The notes under the pieces: generated by a model
The model's input: the letters and a program-made list of their open reading frames with translations, nothing else
Told to the model about the DNA's origin: nothing
Databases searched by the model: none
Assembly (NCBI GenBank): GCA_024679065.1
Contig: JAGIQG010000012.1
Location: forward strand, 87,234,001 to 87,298,000
Direction: 5' to 3'
Length of the DNA stretch: 64,000 nucleotides
Source of the DNA: Sphyrna mokarran
Taxonomy: Eukaryota
Shown here: piece after piece, positions 13,850 to 28,800 of the stretch
Position numbering within the stretch: position 1 is the first letter of the stretch
Layout: each line of letters opens with the position of its first letter
Translations under genes and position numbers: made by a program

Positions 13850-16800
13850 CTGTTCAAACAAAATTAAAAATACTTCACTTTCCAAAATTAATCCTGCAGC
13901 AAATCTGAGAATAAAGGATCATTTCTGATCTTCTGATGAGGTTCTCCAGGTGTAATTCCATTATTAATAACTAGAAACTCCATGATTTTATCTCCAGCCT
14001 GAGCTGAGTGAGTTGATCTCAGATGGAATGGGAGTCGGAGCTACAGTTGATCTTAACACTGAGAGGGTAGGAAGTGAAATTGTTCAGTATTCCCACTCCA
14101 CATATTGGGAATCAAGGTGTGAAATGTGTGTGTGCGTGTGTTACTGACTGTATGTGTGTAAGTATGTGTGTGTTTGTGGATGTTTGTGTGTCTATGTACA
14201 TTTGTGAATGTGTGTCTATTTGTATGTATTCAGGTCCAGGTGTATGTATGTACTTGTATTTGTTATATATCACACACAGCCTTCAGTGTTTGAGCCCACG
14301 GGGTTAATAATGGTGCATTGCCACACTGGACTCACAGCTCTCTGTCAATTCTATGCAGTGTTGTGGTTAAGGGCTCATTCTGAGTGAAATTTTCCCTCAG
14401 TTTCACCATTGATACAAAACGGGACATTCTAAAGATGTGAAGGTTACCTGGATTATCCATGGTAAATTGCCCCTTAGTGTCCGAGGATGTGTCACTTAGG
14501 TAGATAATCCATTATAAAATGCCTCTTACAAAGCTGTATTGGTTAGATGTGTATGATTGGCCATGGTAAATGCACAGGGCTGAGAGAAGGGCATGAGTGA
14601 GATGTTCTTTCAGAGAGTCATGCTGACTCAGTGGACTGAATGGCCTCTCTCTGCACTGTAGCAATTCTATGAATCTAAATCAGCTGTTTTCCCTGAACCT
14701 TGATGAAATAGAATAGAAACATACCTTTAAGGTCACTGTATATCGACTCAGTTCTTTGCTGTAATATCTAACAGAAAATAGAGACATGTTAGAGATTGTG
14801 ATCTAGTAACATGTGCACAATGAGAAGCTTATTTGGAATGCTTTTACATTCTAACAACATTCACTTCAAGGTGAAAATAATTTATTTGACTCTATTTGGA
14901 TGGACAGTTTCCCGAATTCCTCCGTGTTGGCTCAGTGGAAGCATGCTTGAATTTGAGGCTGATTGTGGCTTCAAACTCAGTCTGGAGATTTGATTCTATA
15001 ACCCAGGCTGCCTTTTCTGTGCAGTACCGAGGGAGTGCTGCAGTGTCAGAAGGGCAGTCTTTTGGACGAGGTATTAGACCGAGGCCCTCTATCAGGTGGA
15101 TGTGCTGAATCTTACAGCACGGCTTTGAGGCAATGCCTTCACTCAAAGGGTTGTGAATCTTTGGAACTCGCTCCCCCAGACGGTGTGGGTGCTCCATCAT
15201 TGAGAGAATTTAAGGCTGGGATGCATAGATTTTGGGTCTCTCTGGAAATTAAGGGGTTTGAGGAATGGCTGGGACAGTGGATGTGAGGGAGAAGATTGGC
15301 CTTGGTTGTGTTGATTAGTGAAGCAGGCTGGAGGGGGGGGCAGTGAATCCTCACCCCATATTTATGATTTAATATTCTAAAAGCAGCAGAGATCTCACTG
15401 TGTTCTTGCTGTGCTCCAATTGGATGCTTTCTATCTAAACTACAATGACTGCGTGTCCAAAGCTCTTCCCTCAGTGTAAAGGGTTTTGAGGTGTTTAGAG
15501 GTTGTGAGAGGAGGAATATTAATAGAAGGTTCTCACTCTCTCTGGGAATTGTGGGACACAGAGAGTGGCCACAGCTTTGTGAGGTTGATAGTGATCATGG
15601 AGACAGAGTATTGGGAATGAGAGCAGAGAGTCTGTGCTGCTCCAGGGGGAGATAACGAGGTTTGTCCCTGTGGTTTCGGGGGGGGAGGGTAGTGATGGTG
15701 TGAGACTGGGATTGAACAGGAATGAGATTGGAAAGTGGAGGTAGGAATTCACCAGGACACTCAGCCAATGACATGAGAACCCAGTGGGAAATCCAGCATG
15801 GTTGATATTTCTGTAATCACCCAGCCCATTCCCATTGCTTGTGATTGGTGGATAGACTTGTCAATACAATACTTGGGACCAATGAGATCGCAGAAAGCGG
15901 AAACTTTGAGCATGTGGTAAATGTTCATCCTCAGACATGTTCCAGTGTATTGTGGGGAGAGATATTTACCATGTACATTGAGTCCAAGTCTCCTGGAGAA
16001 TCTTCCAATTTCTGTAACAAAATGTAAACAGTAAAGATTAGATCAAGGAATTATTGTAAAAATGGGAAAGTACTAAATCATGATGACAAAGGGTCAGGAA
16101 TTATAATCTGGAGACATTTATATTTCTATGAATCTGCGGATTTCTAAAACACTTTAATTCAGCAAACGGTAAAGTCCATGTGGTGACTGTCCCTTTAAAG
16201 GGAACACAGCAGCAGAGGGTCACCTGCCTTGAGGGACTGATTGAGACAGAGAGTGGGTAATCACCCCACGGGCTGGAGTCCTACCTTACACAGAGACAGT
16301 CTGACGATGTGCAGGGACTGGGACAGCCGGGGGATTGCCGACCTCTGCACTGTGTTAAACAACAAGATGAAATACTGACAACAAATTGAAGAAATGTTGA
16401 AAAATTGACAGAATGAAGTGAAGAAGAAGGAGAATTTAATGAGACAATAGAGAATAAACTGAGTTCCATAAAAGGCAACTTGGAAATAAGGACAGGTTCA
16501 GTGAAGAATTGAATCAGGAGAATGAGAGCTTGAAGGAAGATTGACAATGAGAAATTAACTGAAGGGCTAAAAATATTGAAATTGATACAGAATCAGCAAT
16601 TCAGACAGAGAAAGAAACTGAGATTACTCCCAGAACAGGATTGCTGAAACTGTCCCACAAATGGAAAAGCAGAAAGCCTGTACGGAACAGCTCCATGCAA
16701 GATTATACTTGGAGCTGTACATAATTAAAGCCTACAATTAAAGAACAAAGAACAAAGAACAAAACAGCACGGGAAACAGGCTCTTCGGCCCAACGAGCCC

Positions 16801-19800
16801 GCGCCACCACCCCGATGTTCCCACCTCTACCCGTGATCCCTGTCCATGTTTATAGATCTATGGATTAAAAAACCAAATTTGAGACAATTTAGGGAGAATT
16901 TGTTTTGCCAATTAGCCTAAGAGCACATCTTTGGGATGTGGGAGGAAACGGAGCACCCGGAGAAAACCCACGCAAGCACGGGGAGAATGCACAAACTCCC
17001 ACAGACACAGGCCCAAATCCATGTATCTGCACAGCACAGCAATAGTCACTGAGCTGTCGTGTTGCCCATCAAATGGTCCAGGTCAAGCGTACACTAACAA
17101 CATGAAGCACTAGGATACTCTCGAAAAAAATCCAAGAGCAGCCCTCTCACGACCCATCGTGTGTATGCCCCTTGTTAGACAACAAGGTGGACCAAAGCAC
17201 CTGTAGGATAAAAAACAAGTACATCAATATCATCATCTATTTACACACTTCCCAGGGACTCCCAAGGCTCATGATCCCTATTTTAAATCAGTGTTCTATA
17301 CCCCTCCATTCCCATTCTGTTCATGTGCCCATCTAAGTATTTCTTAAATAACTCCAGAGTGCCCGTCTCCACCACTTTATTTGGCAGTGCGTTCCATAAC
17401 CCCACCACCCTAAGTGTTAAAAACCTCCCTTTAGCATCCAAATTATGTCTTACCCCCCTCACCCTATGCCTGTGACCCCTCGTGCTATTTGACTCCATCC
17501 GAGGAGAATGCTTTACCCTGTTGACTCTAACTATACCCCTCATAATCTTGTACACCTCTATTAGATCTCCTCTAAGTCTACGTCTTTCTAAGGAAAACAG
17601 TCCCAATTTGCCTAACCTCTCCTCGTAACTCAGACCTTCCATACCAGGCAGCATCCTGGTAAACCTCCTCTGCACTCTCTCCAAAGTCTCAACATCCTTC
17701 CAGTCATAAGGCGACCAGAACTGGACGCAGTATTTCAAATGAGGTCTAACCAAGTGTTTGGACAAACAAACCTCAAGACCTCATGAATGAACCGTCAAGA
17801 AACGTTTTTGAACCTGTAAGCACCAAAGTACCCGATGGACCTGTTATAGACATAATGATGTGTCTGTGGAAGCAAGTTGTGATGAACTGCCTGTGCCAGA
17901 AGAGGAAGTCGTTATTGTAGCTCCTGTTAATGTCCATTGTGTGGAAGTATCTCAGATTACAGAGTTACAACGTTCGACACAATACAGAAAACCCCTCAGA
18001 AACTGGATTTATTATTGTCCAACTCAGGTGTATAATGTGTCATTAGAATTTGGTCTTGAGTAACTTAGTTCTTGAAGATTTTATAAAAGAGTGAAATGGG
18101 GGGAATGTGGTGACTGTCTCTTTAAGGACAACACAGCAGAAGTGGTTTACCCTGGTTTGAGGAATCAATTAGCACAGAGAGTGGGTACATAGAACATAGA
18201 ACAATACAGCACAAACAGGCCCTTCGGCCCACAAGTTGCGCCGATCACATCTACCAATCCACAGACCTATCTATAACCCCCTATCCTATTCTTTTCCATA
18301 CACTCATCCAGAAGTCTCTTAAAAGACCCCAGTGAGTTTGCCTCAACAACCTCTGATGGCAGTCGGTTCCATTCACTCACCACCTTCTGAGTGAAAAACT
18401 ACCCCTGACATCTCCTTTGTATTTGCTTCCCTGCACCTTAAATCTGTGTCCTCTCGTAGTGACCATTTCAGCTCGGGGGAATAGTCTCTGAGAGTCCACC
18501 CTATCTATTCACTCAACATTTTATAAATCTCTATCAGGTCGCCTCTCAACCTACGTCTCTCCAGTGAGAAGAGTCCCAGCTCCCTCAATCTATCTTCATA
18601 AGGCCTGCCTCCCAATCCAGGCAGCATCCTTGTAAATCTCTTCTGAACTCTCTCAATAGCCTCTACATCCTTCCCATAGTGAGGCGACCAGAACTGCACA
18701 CAATACACCAAGTGGGGTCTGACAAGAGTCTTATAGAGCTGCATAGTTACCTCCTGACTCCTAAACTCTATTCCTCGATTAATGAAGGCCAGTACAGCGT
18801 ACGCATTCTTGACCACTTCCTCCACCTACGAGACCGATTTAAGAGTCCTATGGACCCAGACCCCGAGATCCTTCTGCTCTACAACACAGCTAAGACTCCT
18901 ACCCCTTAATTAGCCCACGGGCTGGAATCCTACCTTACACAGAGACAGTCTGAAGACATTTAGGGACTGGGATAGCCGGGGGATTAGCGGCCTCTGCACA
19001 GTGTTTCCGAATTAATCAACTCCGTTTGTGTTCCTGACAAAGTCTGTAATGTGCATCATTACAATTCATTACAAACACAACCTCTCACAGAAACATTCCA
19101 GTGCAGGCAGAGGCCCTTCAGCCCATCGGCTCTGCCCTGACTCTCTGATGGAGAATTCTACCCAGTCCTACTCCCTGCCTTATCCTCAAAGGCTCGCACA
19201 TTCTTTCTTTTCAGATAGCAATCTAATTCCATTTCCAATACCTTGATCGAACCTGCCTGGAGGTGAGTTGTAATTCTGAACTGTCACAGACCCTGCGAGT
19301 AAATGCTCCAAAATGCTCCATCTGTCCCTTGGAGCTTCCAGTGTCCTGCCATTCATTAATGCTGGCCTAACCAGCAACACCCACATCCCGTGAAAGCAAT
19401 CTCATCTCCCTTTCACACATCTCCAATTCTCACTTTGATACAACGGGAGGGAGAGCCTTCCCCATACTGAGGGTGCATTGGGGGTCGTAATGGAGTTCCT
19501 CGAGAGAAGTAGACATAGAACATAGAACATAGAACATTACAGCACAGAACAGGCCCTTCGGCCTTCGATGTTGCACCGACCAATATAAAAAGCAATGCCC
19601 CTCCAAACTAAACCATTCCCTTCTCTTCCATATACTTATCAACTAACCTCTTAAACGCCACCAAACTTGGCGCATCTACAACTGCTGCAGGCAGGGCATT
19701 CCACTCCCGAACCACCCTTTGGGTAAAGAACCTGCCTCTGATATCCGTCCTATAACTATCACCCTTAATTTAAAGCTGTGTCCCCTCGTGCTAGCTTTTT

Positions 19801-22800
19801 CCATCCTAGGAAAAAGGCTATCACTGTCCACCCTATCTAAACCTCTAATCATCTTATATGTTTCGATTAGGTCCCCTCTTAGCCTCCTCCTTTCTAACGA
19901 AAACAACCTCAAATCCCTCAGCCTCTCTTCATAAGACCTGCCCTCCATACCAGGCAACATCCTGGTAAACCTCCTCTGTACCCTCTCCAATGCCTCCACA
20001 TCTTTCTTATAATGTGGGGACCAGAACTGTACGCAATACTCCAAGTGCGGCCGCACCAGAGTTTTGTACAGTTGTAACATAACCTCACGGCTCCTAAATT
20101 CAATCTCTCTACCAATAAAAGCTAACACACTGTACACCTTCTTAATATCTTTACCAACCTGGGTGCCAACTTTCAAAGAGCTATGTACTTGTACCCCAAG
20201 ATCCCTCTGCTCGACAACACTATTAAGGGTTCTTCCATTAGCCCTATATTTCAAATGCCTGTTATTCCTACCAAAGTGAATCACCTCACACTTATCCATA
20301 TTGAATTCCATTTGCCACCTCACGACCCAGCTCTGCAACCTATAACATCCATCCTCGCTGTCTACAACTCCCCCCACTTTGGTATCGTCAGCAAATTTAC
20401 TAATCCAACCCTCTACACCCTCATCTAGGTCATTTATAAAAATGACAAACAGCAGTGGCCCTAAAACAGATCCTTGAGGTACACCACTTGTAACTGCACT
20501 CCAGGTTGAATATTTCCCATCAACCACCACCCTCTGTCTTCTATCAGCTAGCCAATTCCTAATCCAAACTGCTAAATCACCTTCAATCCCATGCATCTGC
20601 ACTTTCTGCAGTAGCCTACCATGGGGAACCTTATCAAACGCTTTGCTAAAATCCATATACACTACATCAACTGCCTTACCCTTATCTACCTCTTTGGTCA
20701 CCTCCTCAAAAAACTCAATAAGGTTTGTGAGGCACGACCTACCCTTCACAAAACCGTGCTGACTATCCCTAATCAATTTATTTCTCTCTCGATGCTTATA
20801 AATCCTATCCCTTATAATTCTTTCCAAGACTTTGCCCACAACAGAAGTCAGGCTCACCGGTCTATAATTTCCAGGATGGTCCCTACTCCCCTTTTTGAAC
20901 AAAGGGACAACATTTGCCATCCTCCAGTCTTCCGGCACTATACCTGTAGCCAACGACGACATGAAGATCAAAGCCAAAGGCTCTGCAATCTCCTCTCTAG
21001 CCTCCCAGAGAATCCTAGGGTAAATCCCATCTGGCCCAGGGGACTTATCAATTTTCATACCCTCAAGATTCGCTAACACCTCCTCCTTATGAACCTCAAT
21101 CCTGCCCAGTCTACAACCTGGTATCGCAGTATCCTCCCCGACAACATTGTCTTTCTCCTGCGTGAATACTGACGAAAACTACTCATTCAGTGTCTCTCCT
21201 ATCTCCTCAGGCTCCACGCACAACTTCCCACTCCTATATCTGACTGGCCCTAATCTTGCCCTAACTCCAGTTTCCTGCAGGTTCTTTGTAAATTGATTCA
21301 CACAAACCAAAGGATTTGGAAAAGAAGCCGCCACATTCTTCAAAAAGAATTCTAAAGTGCTTCTGCTGACAGACAGGTGGTGTGGGGAACTCAGTGCAGG
21401 TTATTCTCACTCTCCTGTCTGTAACACTGCAATGATTTATTCTTACAATAATATGGATGGTGCTCCTGTGGAATACAACGTGCTGCTTATTTTGGAAGCA
21501 GTTTGCAAAGCTGAAGTATGAAAAATACAGTAAAACACAACAGCTGTATGACATTTCCTTACCAAGGCAGAAGAAGCTGCTCCTTGTTTGCTGCGCTGGG
21601 TTTCACCTAAAAGGAAACATAACGATGTTACTTCCGAATAGATCCACGGAAAGATGGAGCTTTTTAAACTTGGAATGAGAGGGATAGAAAAATCCCAGTG
21701 TCACCTTGGGCAGTTTTTTCAGAGTGAAGCTAATGGGGGAGGTGGGGATTATTCTCCATCAGCTGCACTGTCTTCAAAAATTCATCATCCAAATCAGAAT
21801 CTCACACAACAGGAGGAGACCATTTGCCCCATTCAGCCTGTACTAGGTCATTAATAGAGTCATTGTCCTTAATCCCACATTCCTGCTTTTTATTCACAAT
21901 CCTGGAAATTCCTTATCCTCCAGCACTTGGCCAATTGTCTTTTCCGATTATTTCTGGAATCAGCTTCCACCACATTCCCAGCTCGAGTATTCCACATCCT
22001 GACAACTCTCATTTCTCCCCATCTGTCCTCTAGATCTTTACCCAGTGATTGGAAATCGATGATCGCTGGTTACTGATCCGTTCACCAGAGGGAATAGATT
22101 TTCTCTCTATCAAAACCTCACCATCTTTAAACTCTTTACAGGGTCAGATCTGAACCTTCTCTATCCCAAGGAATCTCTCTGTGAACGGACAATGTGCTCG
22201 ATCTACAAAGGCATGATCACTACATGCTGGTGACACAGAGGAGGCTGTTCCTTTCTGGAAGTTGTTAAGAAGGCATATGGAGTCTTAGCTTTTATTGGTA
22301 GGGGGTTTGAATTTCGGAGCCGCAACGTCATGTTGCAACTGTACAAAACTCTAGTGCGGCCGCACTTGGAGTATTGTGTGCAGTTCTGGTCCCCGCATTA
22401 TAAGAAAGATGTGGAGGCATTGGAGAGGGTACAGAGGAGGTTTACCAGGATGTTGCCAGGTATGGAGGGCAGGTCTTGTGAGGAGAGGCTGAGGGATTTG
22501 AGGTTGTTTTCGTTAGAAAGAAGGCGGCTAAGAGGAGTCCTTATTGAAACATATAAGATGATTAGTGGTTTAGATAGGGTGGACAGTGATAGCCTTTTTC
22601 CTAGGATGGAGAAAGCTAGCACGAGGGGAATAGCTTAAAAAGGGGTGGTAGTTATAGGACGGATATCAGAGGTAGTTTCTTTACCCAGAGGGTGGTTAGG
22701 GTATGGAATGCCCTGCCTGCGGCAGTTGTAGATGCGCCAAGTTTGGTGGCATTTAAGAGGTTAGTAGATAAGTTTATGGATGAAAAGGGAATGGTTTAGT

Positions 22801-25800
22801 TTGGAGGGTCATTGCTTTTTCCTAATTGGTCGGCGCAACATCGAAGGCCGAAGGGCCTGTTCTGCGCTGTAATGTTCTCTCTATGTTCTATCTCTTTGGA
22901 GCCACTGGCTGCAGCATTGCCACACTGAGGGGGTGTTTCACAGAGCAGCTACAAGGCTGGGGGCAGCCTCCCAACATCTTCATTCTGTAGGATGTAGATT
23001 TACAACCTTTAACAGTAAATTCTGTCAATCAGACAATGAATTGGGCAAATTATTAGCAAGTTAATTACATCACAAATCCATCAGCATCAAAGGGACATCT
23101 GGGATTGAGAATAATTCCTGACAAACTTTGCAATAATGATTGAATTAGTTTACTTACTATCCATTGTTGCGTACACAGCGTTCCGGTCTCCATCAGGAAC
23201 CCTAAAGAAATACCACACATTAGCTTCATTGCAGCTTTACCACAGAACAGTGCTGTAATATGCACACTCTGGGTGGAGATGCAGTTTAGATTTTTCAATA
23301 TGGATTTCCCATATGAGTTTTTTATGGAAGATTCCACGGATGAACAAGATCAACTGAATCATTTCCTAAATAAACAGAACTTGCTCTAACAATAACACAA
23401 AGAATTTGACCAAAATCAGAAGGCATGTTGTGAAGCTTGATCAGGATGGGTAAATATGATTGGATTGTTTCCTTGTGGGGAGGGTAATGGTGAAGTAGGC
23501 TGCTTACACAGAGTGTCCACTCGAACTGTTCTCACTTGGTCTGAGCATCATGAGGGAGTGTGCAGCTAGCGAGACACAGGCATGAAACCAGCGCTCTGAT
23601 CGAGTTCATTAGGTGGGCTAGGTGGGGAATTATCCAGCACTTATATCCTGAGGGTGATGTTTTGTACTTTAACTGTTAAATCCTTCCTGACTCTCAGCAG
23701 CAGTTAGGTGCCTGTTGGTCAGTGCTGGAGTAAGTGTGATGCTGTGACAGTGGGAGATGACTGGCACCAGTTGAGTATCTGGACATGTGTGGCTCTCATC
23801 AGTAGCAGGTCACTCCACGTGAACTGTATGCTACAAAGGAAAAGTTACCCCTCACTAAAAGCAGCAAGTTATAAAATAGTGCCCCTGTCCAGTTACAGTA
23901 ACAGACACAAGATGAATCATATTTACCTTGGTGTGGAGTTCCTTGCTGAACAGAACTTTGTTTTCGCAAGATAACCTGAGAGCGGAGCAACGCAGAATAT
24001 GAGAACAAAGGACAGAATGATAGCCAGGCTTAACACAACGGGATCTGAAGTCCAGGTATTATTGTAGGATGATTTTTCTGTAAAATATCAGAATGTTACA
24101 CACACTATGGTGATGTGAAATTTGAATACTGTGAATATGTTATGGAAATTAGAACAGATTTCCATGGAGGAGAGAATGCTGAGAGGAGATTTGACACACA
24201 TTCAAAATTCCATGCATGCGCCAGTCACTCAGCATTAATTTACCAATGACATTGAGCTGGCTCCCTGCTCCATAGATGTAGCTCCACACACTGCATCTGT
24301 ACACAGCTGTATCATTGAGGGTCACATTCACAATGGTCAGAATGTAGCTGTTGCTGCTGACATTCCGGGAAGGCTGGAAACGGTGGTGGGAATCCCGGGA
24401 CTTGGTAACGGTGCCATTCACAAACTGGCTGATCAGCCACTCACTGTGGTAGCCAGCTCTCTGGTAATGCCAGTGGACATCAGTGTCAATCACACTGGCA
24501 GTGTACATGGCACATTGTAAGTCGACAGTCTGACCCTCTGTCACCTTGCTGACTGTTGGATACTGCATGAGGACTGGGTCAGACAATGGAGCTGTTAATA
24601 TTGAGAAAGAAAAATCAGAGAACTCAAAATGCAACATTTTAGAAATCTTCTTCTGGTTACAATAATGATTTGCAGAGAATTCTCTCACTTTCCCAACATG
24701 GAAATTATTGTTAACAATGAGGGAGGGAATGAGGGGACAAAAGGGGACCTGCTGAATGTTCTAGAATTTGCAGATATTATCCATTCAGTGCACATTCCCA
24801 CCCACAGAAAACAAACTATTGAACAAATAAACTTCACAATCTTCACAGCTGATTATTGGAAAAACTCAAGTTATTGTTTAAAAAGATGAATGAAAGATGA
24901 AAGTAAAGGTATAAAGTTTAAAATTTCCTGTATAATAATTACAGTGTGTCCACACACGGGCTGATTTACTGCTGCTAATCCTCTTCTTTATCTGGCCTGG
25001 ATTTTCCCCTTCTGGGATTGTTGTGAATTGATAAAAAGAGACACAGGGATCCGGAACTTATCCCTCCATTATCCACCTGTCCTGCCTTCTTCAGCGATCT
25101 GTGGAAATTCATTCCAAGATCCCACTCTTCTTTATAACCCTCAAGCCTCCTCCATGCCCCATCGTATCCCTCCAGATCCTTATGCTTGCTGCAACTCCAG
25201 GCCCCTTCCATTGTCCCATCCATGCTCCACACCCACTCTCCCAGTATTCTCCACACAGAGAAGCAATGTGCTACATGAACGTCTGAGAATTCATTGAAAT
25301 GTTTCTGAAACTGACACAATGGGCAAAGAGGCTTTGAAATTCTGCTTCAGAAAAAAAACTATTCATCTTACAACCTCAGAAAAGTGTGAAATAAATATCA
25401 ATGGGTAAAGTTTTATTCTTTTCAACATCTCTTAACTGTGTTCAAGTATACAAACAGGCATTGAAAAACTACAAAAAAGAAACTTCCTGAAGCTTCCAAA
25501 ATGCCTGTCATAAACAGGAGCACTTTGCTTCAACCCATGTGAATTTTATTGAATTGACTAGCTCCATAGTCGGTTTGGAACTCAGCCAAGCATTCATAAT
25601 AAGCACATCTGATAACTCCATAAACAGTGGGATACTGAACAGATAGCCAGACAGTTGTTTCTGGAGATAAAATGGCCTGACACGTGGCTCCCAATTCTAA
25701 AGATACAATTTGGCTCCGCTCCTTCTACAGATTCCAGCGTCAAGCTGGGTGGAGATAAAAAATAGTAAGGGGAGAAAGACGCTGGTGTGGTCCATAGGCC

Positions 25801-28800
25801 CCCTAACAGCAACTTTGAGGTGGGGCGGTCTATAAACAAACAAATAAGAGATGTGTGCAGAAATGGGATGGTGTTAGTAATAGAACATAGAACATAGAAC
25901 ATTACAGTGCAGTACAGGCCCTTCAGCCCTCGATGTTGTGCCGACCAATGGAGAAAAAGCAATGACCCTCTAACCTAAACCATTCCCTTTTCATCCATAA
26001 ACCTATCCACTGACCTCTTAAACACCCCCAAACTTGGCGCATCTACAACTGCAGCAGGCAGGGCATTCCATACCCTTACCACCCTCTGGGTAAAGAACCT
26101 ACCTCTGACATCCGTCCTATAACGACCACCCCTTAATTTAAAGCTATGTCCCCTCATGCTAGCTTTCTCCATCCGAGGAAAAAGGCTATCACTATCCACC
26201 CTGGGTGATTTCAATCTGCACATTGACTGGGCGACGCAAGTTGAACACGGCGGGCTGGAGGAAAAGTTTTTGGAATGCTGTATGGATGGGTTCTTTGAAC
26301 AGTATGTTACAGAACCGACGAGAGACCATGCTATCTTGGACCTGGTACTATGTAATGAGGCAGGTAGAATTAGGGATATTCATGTGAGGGATCCTCTAGG
26401 GACGAGTGATTATAGTATGATAGAATTAATAATGCAGATGGAGGATGAGGTAGTAGCGTCCCGGACCTGTGTACTATGTTTGAACAGAGGGGACTACGAT
26501 AGGATGAGAGAGGAATTGGCAACTGTGATTGGAGGAGTGCGCTGGTTGGTGGGACGGCTGAGGAACAGTGGAGGATTTTTAAAGAGATCTTTTTCAGTGC
26601 TCAGCAGAAATATATTCCGATGGTGAAGAAGGACTGTAGGAGAAGGGAAAATCAGCCGTGGTTCTACAGGGAAATTAAGGAGAGTATTAAATCAAAAGCT
26701 GAAGCGTTCAGAGCAGCTACAAATAGTGGGCATTCAGAGAATTGGGAAAGTTTTAAACAACAGCAAAGAATGACTAAGAAGGTGATTAAAAAAGGAAAGA
26801 CGGAATATGAGGCTAAACTAGCTCGAAATATCAAAAAGGACAGTAAGAGTTTTTATAAGTATATAAAGAATAGGAGGATGGCCAGAGTTAATGTTGGATC
26901 CTTGGAGGATGAGAGGGGTGGTTTAATCGTGGATGATAAGGATATGGCGGAGACCTTGAATAAGTTTTTTGTGTCGGTCTTTACAGAGGAGGACGTAAAT
27001 AGCTTGCCCGAAATTAAGGATAGAAGGGCGATAGGAGATGAGGTCCTTGATGAGATTACAGTCACTATAGAGGTTGATAGGCTAATGGGGCTGAGGGTAG
27101 ATAAGTCCCCAGGGCCGGATGGAATGCATCTCAGGATTCTCAAAGGAAATGGCAGAAGTGATAGTGGATGCCCTGGTAATTATCTTTCAGAATTCGCTGG
27201 ACTCTGGAAAAGTGCTGGAAGATTGGAAAACGGCAAATGTTATGCCGCTGTTTAAAAAGGGTAGCAGACAGAAGGCAGGGAATTATAGGCCGGTTGGTTT
27301 AATGTCTATAGTAGGAAAAATGCTTGAATCTGTAGTCAAAGCGGAAATAATGAGGCAGCTGGATACGAACAGTTTGATCAGGCAGACGCAGCACGGATTC
27401 GTTAAGGGGAAGTCGTGTTTGACGAATCTATTGGAGTTCTATGAGGAAGTGACTAGTGCAGTAGATAGAGGGGAACCGGTGGATGTGGTGTTTTTGGATT
27501 TCGAGAAAGCGTTTGATAAGATGCCTCACAAAAGATTGCTGCAGAAGGTTAGGGTGCAGGGAATTGAGGGTAGGGTGTTAGACTGGATAGAGGATCAGTT
27601 GTCTAATAGGAAGCAGAGGGTAGGTATTAATGGGTGCTATTCTGATTGGCAGCTGGTGACTAGCGGAGTGCCCCAGGGATCGGTGCTGGGGCTTCAACTA
27701 TTTGAGGGTGATGAAATTTGCTGATGACATGAAGATGAGTGGAAAAGCAAATTGCGTGGAGGGTGTGCAAACTTGCAGAGGGATCTGGATAGGTTGAGTG
27801 AGTGGGCGAGGACCTGGCAGATGGAGTATAATGTTAGCAAGTGTGAGGTTATCCACTCTGGTAGGAATAATGGTAGGAAAGACTACTATTTAAATGGAGA
27901 AAAGCTGTAGTATGCAACGATGTAGAGGGACCTGGGGGTCCTCGTGCACAAATCGCAAAAACACAGTATGAAGGTGCAGCAGGTGATTAAGAAGGCGAAT
28001 GCAATATTGGCCTTTATAGCTAGGGGGATAGAATATAAAAGTAGGGAGATACTTTTGCAGCTGTATAGGGTACTGGTGAGGCCGCAGCTGGAGTACTGTG
28101 TGCAGTTTTGGTCGCCACATTCGAGGAAGGATATATTGGCCTTGGAGGAGGTGCAGAGAAGGTTTACTCGGCTGATACCGGAGATGAGGGCGTTGGATTA
28201 TGAGGAGAGACTGAATAGGCTGGGTTTGTACTCTTTGGAGTTTAGAAGGCTGAGAGGGGATCTTATAGAAACGTATAAGATAATGAAGGGGATGGTTAGG
28301 GTAGAGGTTGAGAGACTCTTCCTGATTAGCAAAGATAGCAGGACTAGAGGGCACAGCCTCAAGATGTGAGGGGGGTGGGGTTCAGATCGGAGTTGTGGAG
28401 GGATTTCTTCACGCAAAGGGTGGTGAATCTTTGGAATTCTCTGCCTAATGAGGTGATGGAGGCTCCCTCACCGAATATGTACAAATCGAGAGTGGATAGG
28501 TTTTTAATTGACGAGGGAATTAAGGGTTACGGGGAGAAAGTGGGAAAGTGGAACTCAACCACTGCAGATCAGCCATGATCTTATTGAATAGTGGAGCAGG
28601 CTCGAGAGGAGCCATGGTCGTCTCCTGCTCCTATTCCTTATGTTCTTAAGCATTCTTTTTCCCAGGATGTGGACATTGTTGTCTCACCTAATGTTTGCTC
28701 CTCATCCCTAAGACTCTCCCTATTCCTAATACCCAGCAGTGTGCCAAGCTCAAAACCTCAACCATTCCTCCTCCCTGATCACAGCCTCCAGTGCTTCCCT

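Larger units (their letters stand above)
16179..19063 (+). mobile_element. Degenerate, internally deleted LTR retrotransposon (Gypsy-like) with nested CR1 insertions
   Basis: Diverged direct repeats starting TGTGGTGACTGTC at 16179 and 18106, the second split by CR1 18188-18907 and ending ..TTACA. Purine tract before 18106. [10 protein letters not shown] resembles Gypsy pol C-termini. Confidence 0.6.

Noticed and set aside
23716-23831. Alternative acceptor after the TM exon reading [11 protein letters not shown]..
   Set aside because: No motif or supporting donor. The 23158-23201 exon fits phase and signalling content better.
14725-24591. CD79a/b identity (Ig + TM + ITAM; weak LIFCVAP resemblance in the TM)
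   Set aside because: The V domain is VJ-type and paralogous to five upstream exons, there is no adjacent leader, and the tail is not recognisably CD79. A phylogeny is needed to exclude it formally.
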